DNA of 64,000 nt from Hypanus sabinus (lineage: Eukaryota). Below, in pieces: positions 26,837-39,400 of the stretch. Made by a program: the position numbers and the translations under genes. Every line of letters starts with the position of its first letter. Position 1 is the first letter of the stretch. Location of the stretch: assembly GCF_030144855.1 (NCBI RefSeq), contig NC_082718.1:6014001-6078000 (forward strand), given 5' to 3'. The notes under the pieces are model-generated. The model was not told the origin of the DNA. It did not search any database and was given only the letters and a program-made list of their open reading frames with translations.

Positions 26837-26899
26837 CCCTTTGAGCTAAATATTTTTTCTCTGAGAGATCAAAGTGAGATGCAGTACAAAGGTATTGGA

Positions 26900-27660
26900 A
26901 AAGGAATGAAAAGAGCTGATGAAAATCCCACTGTAGGTTACTCTGGAAAGTCAAACCAGCATAGGACAATGAACGGTAGACACTGGGAAACGGGGGGGGG
27001 GGGGGGAACCAAGGGGTACAAGTGGCATGACAAGTTGGCACGATAGTGGAAAAAGTTGTTGAGCATGCTGGCCTTTATGGTCAGGGTATTGAATATAGAA
27101 GTTGGGTTGTTATGTGCTGTTGTTGTGATTGGTGAGGCCATTCTTAGAGAACTATGTACAGTTTTGGTTTAGGAAATATGTGATTGAGCTGGAACGAATG
27201 CAGAAAGATTTATGAGAATGTTGCTAGGATTAGAGGGCCTGAATTATAGGGAGAGGTTGGCCAGGCTAGCTCATATTCCTTGGAACACAGGAGAATGAGG
27301 GGTGACCGTATAGAAGTGTTCACAATTATGACAGGCATGCAGAAGTTGGACAGTCACAGTGGTGGGTCAGTGCCAAGCTATGGGGCATAGATCTAGGGTG
27401 AGAGGAGAAATAATCCAAAGGGACCTAAGAGGTGACTTTTTCAAGCAGAGCGTGTTGAGTACATGCAGATGCGATTGAGGCAAGTACAATAGTATTGTTT
27501 AAGAACGATTTGGATAAGTATGTGGGGAGGAGGGAGGGTGGGGCTGGAGGGATAAGGGCTGAACATAGGAAATTGCAACTAACTAGGTGGACAATGTAGT
27601 CAGTGTGGACTTCTTGTCCCAAAAGGCCTCTTTATTTGTTAAGCATTACTCTATGATGCA
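26900..27660 (+). mobile_element. Old CR1 3' fragment
   Basis: Degenerate CR1 ORF2 C-terminus and 3'UTR. Confidence 0.65.
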
Positions 27661-28061
27661 ATAAATCTCGTGTTAGTATTGGAACTTACAGAATGCAATG
27701 AGTTTTAATTTCGATTCAGACAGCAAGAAGATTCAAATCTTTAATGTATTTAGTAACTTCTTGTCCTCGTTTGGTGGTGGAACAGTGTTCTGCAGCTCAT
27801 TAAGGGCTGGTTGCCAGACAGGTGTTCTTTCTAAAACTTCATTCACTGGTATATATGCTCCTCAAATTCATTTAGATGACTTGTCTCCTGTCCTTCTCCT
27901 TTGTGTTTATGTTACCAAGTTGATTGCTTGAAAATCTATTGGTGCTCTGGTCTTGGATAAAACAATGGTGAATTATGGGTCCATTATACCAGAGTGAACT
28001 TTTAAAAATTCAGTAGTGACAGTTTAATGGATTCAGCACTGACCTTCCTCCTCTCAAACAG

Positions 28062-28219
28062 ACCATCATGGAAGAAACCATCAGTACCCTGTTGCAGTTG
28101 GTAGAAGATGATTTAAAGTGTAACACTACGGGTGACAGTCCTGTGCTGAAGATCAGTGGAGATGTCCTCTCAGTCCATGTTTCAGCCTGTATCCTTGCTC
28201 TGTCTGGCTGGACTGCTGG
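28062..28219 (+). CDS. ZC3HC1: ZC3HC1 exon 6 (TIMEETISTLLQLVEDD...VHVSACILALSGWTAG)
   Basis: cAG / GTAAGA boundaries; resembles human VHVTACILSVCGW. Confidence 0.94.
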
Positions 28220-29350
28220 GTAAGAATCCAGAATAAATTAGCAGTTTCTGGACACTTTCAGGGACTCATTGGTTACCTGGAATCACTGGCTGGACCTTGA
28301 AACAACATTTCATTACTGTCTCCTTTACCTCTCACCACACAATTTGTTTCTCAGACAGAGAATCTAATGGTTTATCACCCATATTGTCCATGACCTTTCA
28401 ACCTACATCACCTCCTGCTTTCCCATCTCCTCAAAGGTTGAGGTCATGGGTTGCGGGTGAAAGGGGAAATGTTTAAGCAGAAGTTCTTTACACAGAGGGT
28501 GGTGAGAGTGTGGAATGATGTTCCAGAAGAAGTGATGGATGCAGGTTCAATTACAGAATTCAAGATAAGTTTGGGTAAACACTTGAATGGGAGGGGTATG
28601 ATCCTAGTGCAGGTCACTGGGAGTAGGCAGAATAATAGTTCAGCACGGATTGGATGGGCCAAAGGACGTATAAAATACAGTTCCGTAGACAATAATTATC
28701 TTCTTTCACGCAAAACTTTAGCCATTCCTCTAGCATGGATAGATAGTACCAGCAAGTGTTTTAGTAAATGTACTGAGTGTTTCTCCCACAAAATAAGCTG
28801 GCCAATGGTGCACTGGTGTCGGCACCGGACTTTGAGGTGAGTGGTCCCGAGTTTGAATCCAGCTGTGCTGGGTTGAGTGTCGAGCTAGCCATTCAGCCTC
28901 GTAAAAAACGGTCGAATGCAATGGAAATTGCACAAATGCTGCCTGATGTGCCACAAGGCACAAGAAAGAACAACAACACTCCCACAAAAAGAAATATGCA
29001 AATGTGATAGAGGGATGAATAACATCTAGGAGAGCTCCCAAAGTACAAGGTGTAGTAGTGCCATGGAATCGTTTCCATCGACACATGAGGGTTGATAGAA
29101 TCACTGTTTGACATCAGACAACCAGTAAATTAGACCATGCTGGAATTTGTCCCAAATTGTGTTAAGATCCAATTATGGATACAAAATACTAGGCTGCATC
29201 TATGTATTGTGATGTGAAAAGTGAATTTCATGTAAAAAGGATTGTCTGTCTGTCTGTATACATGATACATCTCCCATCTGAGGGGCTCATGGTGTGGGGA
29301 ATCAGAATCACGTTTATGTAACTGTCCCTGCTTTATTTCCCATTTGCTAG

Positions 29351-29594
29351 ACCTTCCTCCGATTTGCATCAACTGCCTGTTATCACCTGCTCCTACTGCA
29401 TGAGGAGAGCAGGCCTGTGGAGCTTTCAGCAGATTGATGCTGTTCCCTCGGCTAATGATCCTGACAACCCTGTGTGTGGGACCTCCCCACGGGACAGCAA
29501 GCCAGAATTATCAACGCCAACACCCCCTGCCACGTCTCCCCGCAGAATGATCACACGGAGTCAGGACGCTGCCCAGATACAGGGCACTGAACTG
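29351..29594 (+). CDS. ZC3HC1: ZC3HC1 exon 7 (...ITCSYCMRRAGLWSFQQI...SPRRMITRSQD...)
   Basis: tAG / GTACTA boundaries; CxxC of the second zinc module; frame continuity. Confidence 0.94.
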
Positions 29595-29679
29595 GTACTA
29601 TAATCTTTACTTCAGTTTAATTCTATCATGTTCACACACTCCTTTGCTAAAACTATATATCTTTCTTTCTTTTAATCAG

Positions 29680-29886
29680 CATGAAACCAGTCCTTCGCCT
29701 ATTGGGGCACGGACTCGGAGTCGAGATGCCCACAGCCCCACTCTGGTCGATCGAGGTGAACCAGAAAGTGTTAGTCCACACCAGCGGAACAAGCGGCCTG
29801 TGACGCGAAGCATGGGGCAGGGCGATGTGCCTTCTAGCCCTCAGAGGAAGCCCAAACGTCCGCGTCTGTCTTCATCCACCAGCTCC
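29680..29886 (+). CDS. ZC3HC1: ZC3HC1 exon 8 (RTRSRD, RPVTRSMG, VPSSPQRKPKRPRLSSS; NLS and phosphosite region)
   Basis: cAG / GTAAGT boundaries, phase 0-0; resembles human RPVTRSMG..VPSSPLRKAKRARL. Confidence 0.95.
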
Positions 29887-30530
29887 GTAAGTAGCAGCAT
29901 GAGGTTAGAGGATATCTGTGCCACTGAGTTCCACAGCAAACCACAACCATCCGGCAGTGTTAGCAACAGAACTGCGTATCACAGTCATTTCGCTCACAGT
30001 CATACCCCTGATGCTAAAGTTTTTTTTCATTTCAGTCCTCTGCAGTCCACTGCTGGTAGACATGTCTTCAGATGGCTGGGGCCTGGGCTCAAACGTTTCT
30101 TCCTCAAGTTGCTTGATCTCTCTCCTCCCTCTCCATGAGGAAGCTTAAAACTTACCTCTTTGGCCCAGTCTGTGAGGTGAAGCCATTCAAAGTCCAGTTA
30201 AGAAATAGATTCATGAAGGTGGAGGTTGATGCAATTCATGAAGTGAGATACCATACAAATATTTGAATTAAATCTTTAACAAGGAAGACAATACTTGATT
30301 TTCAACAATAAATGATCTGACTGAGATTCTGGTAGATTAATGCTAATGTAGGTGCCAGAGAAGTTAGCTGCATATTAAATGCATAGAACAGAGATCAAGA
30401 GACTGCAAATACTGGACTCTGGAGTGACAAAACAATCTGCTGGAGGAACTCAGCAGATCTAGCAGAATCTGTGGAGTGGTGGAGGGCAGAGGAATTGCTG
30501 ATGTTTCAGCTCCTGACGCTTCATCAGAAC

Positions 30531-32120
30531 GTTTTCAGAAGGCATTTGATAAGGTGTCTTACATGTCTTACAGTCAAACATAGACTGTTTGTTTCCACGG
30601 ATGCTGCCCGACCTGCTGAGTTCCTCCTGTGTGTTGTATGTGTTGCTTTGACCCCAGCATCTACAGTATACTTTGTGTCTTACATGACGCTGCTTAACAA
30701 GATAAAATCCCATGGAGTTACAGGAAAGATACTGGCATGGATAGCTGAATGGCTGACAGGCAGGAGGCATCGAGTGGGAATAAAAGGGGCCTTTTCTTGT
30801 TGGCCGCCGGTGACAAATGGTGTTCCTCGGGTCAGTACTTGTCACATTGTTTGTCAATAATTTAGATAATGGAATTGATTGCTTTGTGGCAAAGTTTGCT
30901 GATGTTACGAAAATAGGTGGAGGGGTAGGTAATGCTGAGGAAGCAATGCGATTGTAGCAGGACTTAGACAAATTGGAAGAATGGGCAAAAAAGTGGCAGA
31001 TGGGATACAGTGTTGGGAAATGTATGATAAAGCATTTTGGTAAAAGGAACAATAGTGAGGACTATTATCTAATTGGGGAGAAGGTTCAAACATCAGAGGT
31101 GCAGAGGAACTTGGGAATCCTTGTGCAAGACTCCCAAAAGGTTACTTTACAGATTGAGTCTGTGATAAAGAAGGCAAATGTACTGTTGGCATTTATTTCA
31201 AGGGTAATGGAATATTAAAGCAAGGAGATAATGCTGAGCCTTTATAAGACACTAGTCAGGCCACACTTGGAGTATTGTAAACAGTTTTGGGCCCCATATC
31301 TCAGTAACGATGTGTTATCATTGGAGAGAGTCCATAGAATTCAAGTGCTGGGATGTTATACTACAATTTTGCATATCGTTGGTTATGTCACACTTGGGGT
31401 ATTTGCTGTTCTGGTTGCCACAGTACAGGAAGAGTGTAATTTTCTGGAGACGATGCAGAAATGATTCATCAGGATGTTGTGTGTAATAAAGGGCTTTAGT
31501 AATAGGGAGAGATTGGATAGATTGGGCTGACCTTCCTTGGAGTGAATCAGAGTCGGGTTTGTTTTTTGTAGCAGCTTTAGCAAGACATAAAGAGTTACAG
31601 TAATTTACCAGCTAAGGGCTGACCTGATAGTGGATAGCACAACGCTTTACAGTACAGACCCGGGTTCAATTTCTGCTGCTGCCTGTAAGGAGTTTGTACA
31701 TTCTCTCCATGACCAGGTGTGTTTCCTCCAGGTGCTCTGGTTTCCTCTCAGAGTCAAAGTTGTATATTGTCCCATGATTAAGCCAGGGTTAAATTGGAAT
31801 TGCTGGGCAGAATGGCTGGAAGGGCCTGTTTTGTGTTGTATCATAATAAAATAAAATAAAGATTATGAGAGGAATAGATGAGATAAATAATCAAATTTTT
31901 CCCCTGTGTTAGGGTTATGAATAACTAGAGGGCATAGGTATAAGGTGAGAAGGAGGAGATTTAAAGAGAATCCAAGGAGAAAGTTTTTAATTTGTCGAGT
32001 GTGGTTGATATCTGGATCTTGCTGCCAGCGGAGGGACATGAATTATTTAAGTGGCATAGAAGGATGCTGTGTTTATGTGAGCCTATCGGATTGGCACAGA
32101 TGGCCGTGGCAGACTGAAGG
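30531..32120 (+). mobile_element. CR1 fragments with nested Penelope-derived piece (30566-30674, 12-bp TSD) and V-SINE (~31620-31860)
   Basis: CR1 RT ORF pieces; TSD GTGTCTTACATG at 30554 and 30675. Confidence 0.75.
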
Positions 32121-32665
32121 GTCTGATTCTGACTGCAGAATTGCAGGGTGTGCAGTTAAACAAAATAACTGCTCGGCAGTCAGTTTAACCTCAGTGACAG
32201 GTAAGTTCCAGAAATGATAATCAGGGACATAACCAGCAATCATCACATTAGAGGAAGAAGTGTGGGGTAACTGAATACTGAGCATTAGCTGATTTGCAGA
32301 GAGATTCATTAGGAAACAGTACAAAACATATATTGTAAAGGCAGGCATATGGACTAGGTACAGATAAACTGTGAACTGACTGAATAAGAACATGCTGAAT
32401 GGGCATCTTTTATCCTAAAGTCAGTTCACTGCCCAGCAAATAGAGGTAGTGGGCAGAAATGCCATAACTCTATGAAACTGGCATAATAATGACCATTATT
32501 TTGGCACAAGGAAGTATTCATAGTTGACGGAATGACACTGTGCCGAGGAACATTTCTGAGGAGGTAAGTGGATGTAGAGGATGCAAGTCCAAAAGGTATG
32601 TTGCTTAACCCTAAGCAGGCTGTTCAGGGGAGTTTTGTTTGATTCCATTTTTAACTATTTTACAG

Positions 32666-32890
32666 GATAGCAGCCGGGCATACTTTAACCCTGTCTCCCA
32701 GCACAGGGATTGGTGTCCCTGGATTAGAAGAGGACTAAATCCAGAAGATAAGGTACACAGCCCAGAGCCTGAGGAGCAGGGCTTGACCTTTGGGTCAGCT
32801 AAAAAGACAGAGCCCGGGTGGAAGGCAGTACTTGACGTCCTGTTATCATTGAAAGGACCATCCAGCCCAGATGAGGGCTTGGGCAGTTTT
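32666..32890 (+). CDS. ZC3HC1: ZC3HC1 exon 9 (DSSRAYFNPVSQHRDWCPW...EPGWKAVLDVLL...)
   Basis: cAG / GTAAGT boundaries; SQHRDWCPW and EPGWKAVL motifs. Confidence 0.95.
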
Positions 32891-33309
32891 GTAAGTACCC
32901 AGATTTGCTCTTCAGCAGGCAGTTCATACTCTTGTTTCTCCTGTTTCCTAAAAAGGATTAATTCCTTTCAGATTGTGGTTCAATTGACAGGAATCCTAAA
33001 TAGTGATTGGAGTTGAGGATAAATAAATAGAGATTTAAATAAGCTGTTCTAATTAGGACCGGTGACATCTTGTGGCAGGAAATGGGTACAGTGCCTGTTT
33101 TTACTTTTACTCTAATTTGTGTATCTTCTGAGCATTCTGAGGTCTGGCCCGAGCATCCATTGCACTGCCAGACGCTGGCAGCCTGTTGCCAGTCTCCTTT
33201 TTAAGGAGCTGGATGCCGGGACTTGGAACCTTTTGTCAAGTTTTAACAGAAGGAGGAAGAGAGAAATGTTTATACTTTGCCTGCTTTGGTCTCCTTCCAC
33301 ACTCAGAGC

Positions 33310-34183
33310 TGTTACGTATTCAGGCAACAATAAATATATGAGTCCAGCAAGGGATTTTATAACAAACAACACTGTTATTAAACACTGAAAACAAACCCTC
33401 CCAAAAGTAAACAAACACTAACGTAACCGGAAACAGCTGCTGTGCTGCAGCTTAAACAGTTCTTAAAGTGATGCACCTCAAACAGTTCTTAAAGTGATGT
33501 TGCAAAAACAATTCTTTAAAGTAGTATTGCCAAAAGTTTAATATGCTTACAGTCCATTTAAAAAAGGAGAGACTTTATAAGACGATTTAAATTCTCTTTC
33601 ACGTCGTTTTCCTTCGATCCCCGACATCGAACTTTTCCCACGAAGAATTTACGAAACAAAACGGCTTAAAGGCACTGACCTTTCCTTTATCACACTGTCC
33701 TCAATCTTCTGCTATCCTGCAGAGATTAACACGAGAACAATCAACGAATTCCTTTCCGAATAAGGATTAAATAAGGTCGAACCCGTTTCACCATCGAAAA
33801 TAGATTCTCCTCAATCTTTAATTCCCGAACTCCGATCTTCACTCTCCACTGATTCTCAAACTAGCAGTATTGTAAAGAACCTGCTGGCAATGACCTTTTA
33901 AACTTTAGGCATTAGATAAAACTTCATCCGTCAACTAAACTGCATCATCACATTAAATCACGCAGTGGCATGAAGTCAACTTAGCAAATCCAGCCACGAA
34001 CTGCCCCTCCTCACAGGGTGGGGTCTTCCTTTTATAACCTGTAAAAAAAAACCTGTCACATGATCTCTACTGGCGGGAAAATGACATCACTCCACCATCA
34101 CAAGATCATTACCTCAAGTCCAGTATAGCTTCAACCCTAGTCACGTGACAAGGGTACCACTGTCATGTCATGAGTACGTAACA
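33310..34183. mobile_element. Solo LTR (874 bp) in ZC3HC1 intron 9
   Basis: Termini TGTTACGTA...TACGTAACA (9-bp inverted repeat); flanks GAGC/GGGC (4-bp TSD, one mismatch); CpG-rich; no coding remnant. Confidence 0.7.
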
Positions 34184-34214
34184 GGGCAGAAATCAGTACC
34201 ATGGTCAGACGGCT

Positions 34215-35278
34215 CAGGGTTGCCCGTTCATTCAGACAGAATGGTGTATTTGCCTCAGGGTTGCCCGTTCATTCAGGCAGGATGGTGTATTTGCCTCAGG
34301 ATTGCCCGTTCATTCAGACAGAATGGTGTATTTGCCTCAGGGTTGCCCGTTCATTCAGGCAGGATGGTGTATTTGCCTCAGGGTTGCCCGTTCATTCAGA
34401 TAGGAAGGTGTATTTGCCTCAGGGTTGCCCGTTCATTCAGATAGGACAGTGTATTTGCCTCAGGGTTGCCCGTTCATTCAGACAGGGTGGTGTATTTGCC
34501 TCAGGGTTGCCCGTTCATTCATACAGTTAGGTGTATTTGCCTCAGGGTTGCCTGTTCATTCAGACAGGATGGTGTATTTGCCTCAGGGTTGCCCGTTCAT
34601 TCAGGCAGGATGGTGTATTTGCCTCAGGGTTGCCCGTTCATTCAGATAGGACGGTGTATTTGCCTCAGGGTTGCCCGTTCATTCAGACAGGATGGTGTAT
34701 TTGCCTCAGGGTTGCCTGTTCATTCAGACAGGATGGTGTATTTGCCTCAGGGTTGCCTGTTCATTCAGACAGGACGGTGTATTTGCCTCAGGGTTGCCCG
34801 TTCATTCAGACAGGATGGTGTATTTGCCTCAGGGTTGCCTGTTCATTCAGACAGGACGGTGTATTTGCCTCAGGGTTGCCCGTTCATTCAGACAGGGTGG
34901 TGTATTTGCCTCAGGGTTGCCCGTTCATTCATACAGTTAGGTGTATTTGCCTCAGGGTTGCCTGTTCATTCAGACAGGATGGTGTATTTGCCTCAGGGTT
35001 GCCGGTTCATTCAGACAGGATGGTGTATTTGCCTCAGGGTTGCCCGTTCATTCAGACAGGATGGTGTATTTGCCTCAGGGTTGCCCGTTCATTCAGACAG
35101 GGTGGTGTATTTGCCTCAGGGTTGCCCGTTCATTCATACAGTTAGGTGTATTTGCCTCAGGGTTGCCTGTTCATTCAGACAGGATGGTGTATTTGCCTCA
35201 TGGTTGCCTGTTCAGTCAGACAGAATGGTGTATTTGCCTCAGGATTGCCTGTTCATTCAGACAGGACGGTGTATTTGT
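34215..35278 (+). repeat. 41-bp minisatellite, ~26 copies (CAGGGTTGCCCGTTCATTCAGACAGGATGGTGTATTTGCCT)
   Basis: Direct head-to-tail units without spacers. Confidence 0.97.
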
Positions 35279-35339
35279 GCTCACAGTTATCCTTCAGGTT
35301 GCCATTCATTCCAAAGATCAAGGATCGACTTTATTTCCC

Positions 35340-36130
35340 ACTGGAGTTCAACCCGGAGAAGTGTGAGGTGGTACACATTGGAAGGATAAACTCCAAGGCA
35401 GAGTATAGAGTATATGGCAGGATACTTGGTAGTGTGGAGGAGCAGAGGGATCTGGGGATACATGTCCACAGATCCCTGAAAGTTGCCTCACAAGTAGATA
35501 AAGTAATTAAGAAAGCTTATGGGGTGTTAGCTTTCATAAGTCGAGGGATAGAGTTTGAGTCGTGAGGAAATGATGCAACTCTATAAGACTCTGGTTAGGC
35601 CACACTTGGAGTTCTGTGTCCAGTTCTGGTTGCCTCACTACAGGAAAGATGTGGAAGCATTGGAAAGTGTACAGAGGAAATTTACCAGGATGCTGCCTGG
35701 TTTAGAGAGTATGCATTATGATCAGAGATTAAGGGAGCTAAGGCTTTACTCTTTGGAGAGAAGGAGGATGAGAGGAGACATGATAGAGGTATACAAGATA
35801 GTAAGAGGAATAGACAGAGTGGACAGCCAGCACCTCTTCCCCAGGGCACCACTGCTCAGTACAAGGGGACATGGCTTTAAGGTAAAGGGCAGGAAGTTCA
35901 AGGGGGATATTAGAGGAAGGTTATTTACTCGGAGAGTGGTTGGTGTGTGGAATGCTCTGCCTGAGTCAGTGGTGGAGGCAGATACACTAGTGAAGCTTAA
36001 GAGACTACTAGACAAGGTATATGGAGGAGTTTAAAGTGGGGGGGGGGGTTATATGGGAGGCAGGGTTTGAGGGTTGGCACAACATTGTGGGCTGAAGGAC
36101 CTGTAATGTGCTGTACTGTTCTATGTTCTA
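35340..36130 (+). mobile_element. CR1 LINE 3' fragment
   Basis: EFNPEKCEVVHIG, LYKTLVRPHLEFCVQFW; TGTTCTA tail. Confidence 0.92.
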
Positions 36131-36789
36131 TTTCATTCTCTTACTAAATTGGATACATACAAATACAAATACAAAGCTGACTACATAGTTTTGGTTACGC
36201 AGCAAACAATGCAACTTTATACTCAAATTACTACAGCCAATGACTTGACAGTTTGCTGTAGTTTGGTATATTGTGGGAGGATGCTGCACCAGACCAGACA
36301 GTAATGGCTGATGTGAGGATGCTCTCCAGAATGGTGACAGTTTGAACCTAGTTTGAAGCATTCAACAGAAACACACACACACAATGCTGGAGGAACTCAG
36401 CACATCAGGCAGCATCTATGGAAAGGAATAAATAGAAATCTTTTGAATAAACTTTCAAAAGAAATCTGTGTTGGACGAGATCCTGTCGTAGCAGAGAATA
36501 TGATGCCTTCATTGGTCTTTTGTGGAGGATACCACACCCCCACCCATGAGGGGGTATTCTCCTTCCTTTGCATGAGTATGTTTCTAGTCACTAGACAGGT
36601 CGACATTTCTCTCTGCAACTGATGGGAGATGCTATGAAATTCTGTGCTGACCTTTCTCATCAACTACGTAGTAACCTGACTTTTAGGAAAATGCTGCATT
36701 ATAGTTCAGGAGGAGGCCATTTGGCCCCTGGTCAATACTCCAAAGAATGAGTCCAGCAAGCCCTGCTCATGATTTTTTTTTGTGATTAG

Positions 36790-36858
36790 TCTCTTTCAGA
36801 AAAATCGAACAAAGTGTTTCGAATATTCCGACAGTGGCAAGTCCCACGTTCGCTATAG
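36790..36858 (+). CDS. ZC3HC1: ZC3HC1 exon 10, last coding exon (SLSEKSNKVFRIFRQWQVPRSL*)
   Basis: tAG acceptor; resembles human SLSEKSRKVFRIFRQW; TAG stop; total CDS 1488 nt is divisible by 3. Confidence 0.95.
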   Translation, partial: SLSEKSNKVFRIFRQWQVPRSL

Positions 36859-37240
36859 CTGATGTCATCCTTTAAAGCTACTGGAAGTACAGCATCCTGA
36901 ACAGAAAAAGCGAGAAAGAAATGTCTAGTCTTCGCCTGGTTTTGTCTCCTTCCATTTCCTATGGATTGGGTTGATGGCATTTTTGAATGCTTACAGTCAG
37001 GACAGGCTTGAAATATCTTTGTACCAACCGAAAGATACGTGAACTCCAGGGTTTGTAAAATCCCACAAAGGTCTTTTCAAATAAAATAGCAAAACATGCA
37101 AAAGAAAAGTGGGAATGGTCCATGTGTATCATGTCCTTTGCTCAGTTAAAGGGTCCCACCTTTGCTGATTTATGTCTCTGCTTCATTTTCTGCTATGTTT
37201 TGCATAAATTAAAATGCCACAATAGTTTGTGCTAAGATTA

Positions 37241-37246
37241 AATAAA
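37241..37246 (+). terminator. Likely ZC3HC1 polyadenylation signal AATAAA
   Basis: About 380 nt after the stop; followed by a GT/T-rich tract; a second AATAAA lies near 37080. Confidence 0.55.
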
Positions 37247-37534
37247 AACCTTTGTAAATTTTGTTTTCTGTGGTGTGGTCTGGGATGAATTAATTCTGTG
37301 ATAAATATTGTAATTACTGTCTGTTAACTCCACCATGGATGGTCCCGGCCCCAGATGTGAAAGAAGGGTTGGACAACCCCATCCCATGAAAACCAGAAGC
37401 TGCAGAAACGCTGTCAGAAGTTCCAAAGGCCTCACCCTTCGGAGAGGAGAGAAGCTGATATCAGGAAGGTGGGAGCAACACAACATGCTAGAGGAACTCA
37501 GCAGCCCAGGCAGCATCTATATAAAGGGGTAAAC

Positions 37535-37570
37535 AATCAACGTTTCGGGCCGAGACCCTTCATCAGGACT
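37535..37570 (-). ncRNA. Best-preserved minimal hammerhead ribozyme motif (Penelope-derived)
   Basis: - strand: AGTC-CTGATGA-A-GGGT(CTCG)GCCC-GAAAC-GTT-GATT; helix I, helix II and palindromic ACGT helix III. Confidence 0.68.
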
Positions 37571-38974
37571 CAGCTGCCTGGCCTACTGAGTTCCTCCGGC
37601 AATTTGTGTGTGTTGCTCTGGATTTCCAGCATCTGCAGATTTTTTCTTGTTTGTGACCAAGAAGAGGGGCAACCTGAAAGACTGGCTCCAGACTACGGAC
37701 TCTGGTGAGCTGCTGTCGGCGATCTACTACCAGGAGGGGGTGATAGGCTTAACTAACTAACTTAATATTGTGAGGGAAGAGATGTGGCATGAACATCAAA
37801 CACAATTTGGTCTGGGTGTGATGGTAAATTTTAAGAATGGAGAACCAAAATTCTTCTGTTCCTTGAATACATTTTGCCATTCAGTGACATCAGAGCTGAC
37901 AACGCAGATGAGTTATAATAAGTTTAGAAAAAGACCCAAACTAATTAATGCCATATCCTATCCCATTACATCATCATTTTGACATGGCCAAGACTGTGGA
38001 ATAAAGACAGGCAGGCTGAGTAACTCCCCCACTCCCCTCTCCACACTACCACCATATGAGTCACAAAAATACTGTGTTAATGATGGAGAAAAGACTGGTG
38101 GAGTTTAGGATATCAAAACCATATTCTAATTAGAAGGGAACAAGGCAGGGAAATATGAGGAGAAAGGAATTCGATATGGTTGCCAGTAGCATGTTATTGA
38201 ATATTGAACTTTGCAGCATATCAGCCCATTGTAACTCTGCCAGGAAGAACTACTGTATCTGATTATTTCCCTTGCTAGTTCTTTCCCTTGCTAGTTCTTT
38301 CCCTGTAGCCTTGTAAATGTTTCCATGTAAATATTTTTCCAATTCCCTTTTGAAAACTGCTACTCAAATTACTTTCACCATTTCCACACTACATTTCTGA
38401 TTATAACAATTTTATTTTAAACACAAGGTTTTTTTTATCTCGCCTGTTTTTTTTACATCATTACCTGGCTTCTGACCCTTCTACCTGTTTTGTTACTTGG
38501 TCAAATATTGCCTGTTTTTGGGAAATCCCTTTTCACTATTTGCTGCTGTAAGAACAATCATGGGTTCTCCATTAATCCTTGTTACCCCAATGTTCTAGTG
38601 GTCTGTACTACCTCACAGCATTAACTTGAACGTGACCTCTCCCTGCAAAAAATAAATTAAGGCAGTTTTAAACTAAACAGAAAACACTGATTTGTAACTG
38701 AAACCCTTCAGAACTTTTGATAGCAAAAGTTCATCCAGAGAGTTCATCCCGAGTTCATAAGCTGTTTTTACAATGTCCTTTGAACCTCATGAATAGTTTC
38801 AATGTTGAGATCGGTTACACAACCCAGTCATGAGAGAATCCTTGCTAGAGTAATAGGAACCAGAACCCTTTGCAGCCCTCCTCATATGTCCTTAATTTAT
38901 AGAAGCACCCTTGCTGCTGTCAAACTGTGAGTTGGTGGTGCTGCTTCACTGAGACCTGGGTTGGATACTGACCT

Positions 38975-39400
38975 TGTGTGATGTAGATCAGTTGCAGATA
39001 TGGGCAGGGAAACAGCAGATGGAGGTTAACTAGATAAACTTGAGGTGTTGCAGCTTGGTAGGGCAAATGCAAGGAGACAGTGCACTGTTAAGGGCAAGAC
39101 CCTTAATGGTGTTGCTGAGCAGAGAGATCCTGAGATCCAATTCCATAGCTCCTTAAGAGCAGCTACATAGGTCGATAGGGTGGTTAAGAAGGCATATAGA
39201 ATGCTTTCTTTTATTAGTCGAGGCACTGAGTTCAAAAGTCGAGAGGTTAGGTTGCAACTTCATAAAATGCTGATTAAGCCACATCTGGATAATTGGATAC
39301 AGTTCTGGTCACCCCACCATAGGATGTTTTGGCTTTGAGAGGGTGTAGAAAAGTTTACCAGGATGCTGCCTGGTTTAGAGGGCATGTGCTATCATGAGAA
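38975..39400 (+). mobile_element. CR1 fragment
   Basis: Degenerate CR1 RT C-terminus. Confidence 0.7.

Noticed and set aside
34145-35389. Long Cys-rich ORFs and CRISPR-like periodicity
   Set aside because: Pure 41-bp tandem repeat with no unique spacers and no cas genes; the ORFs come from a stop-free unit
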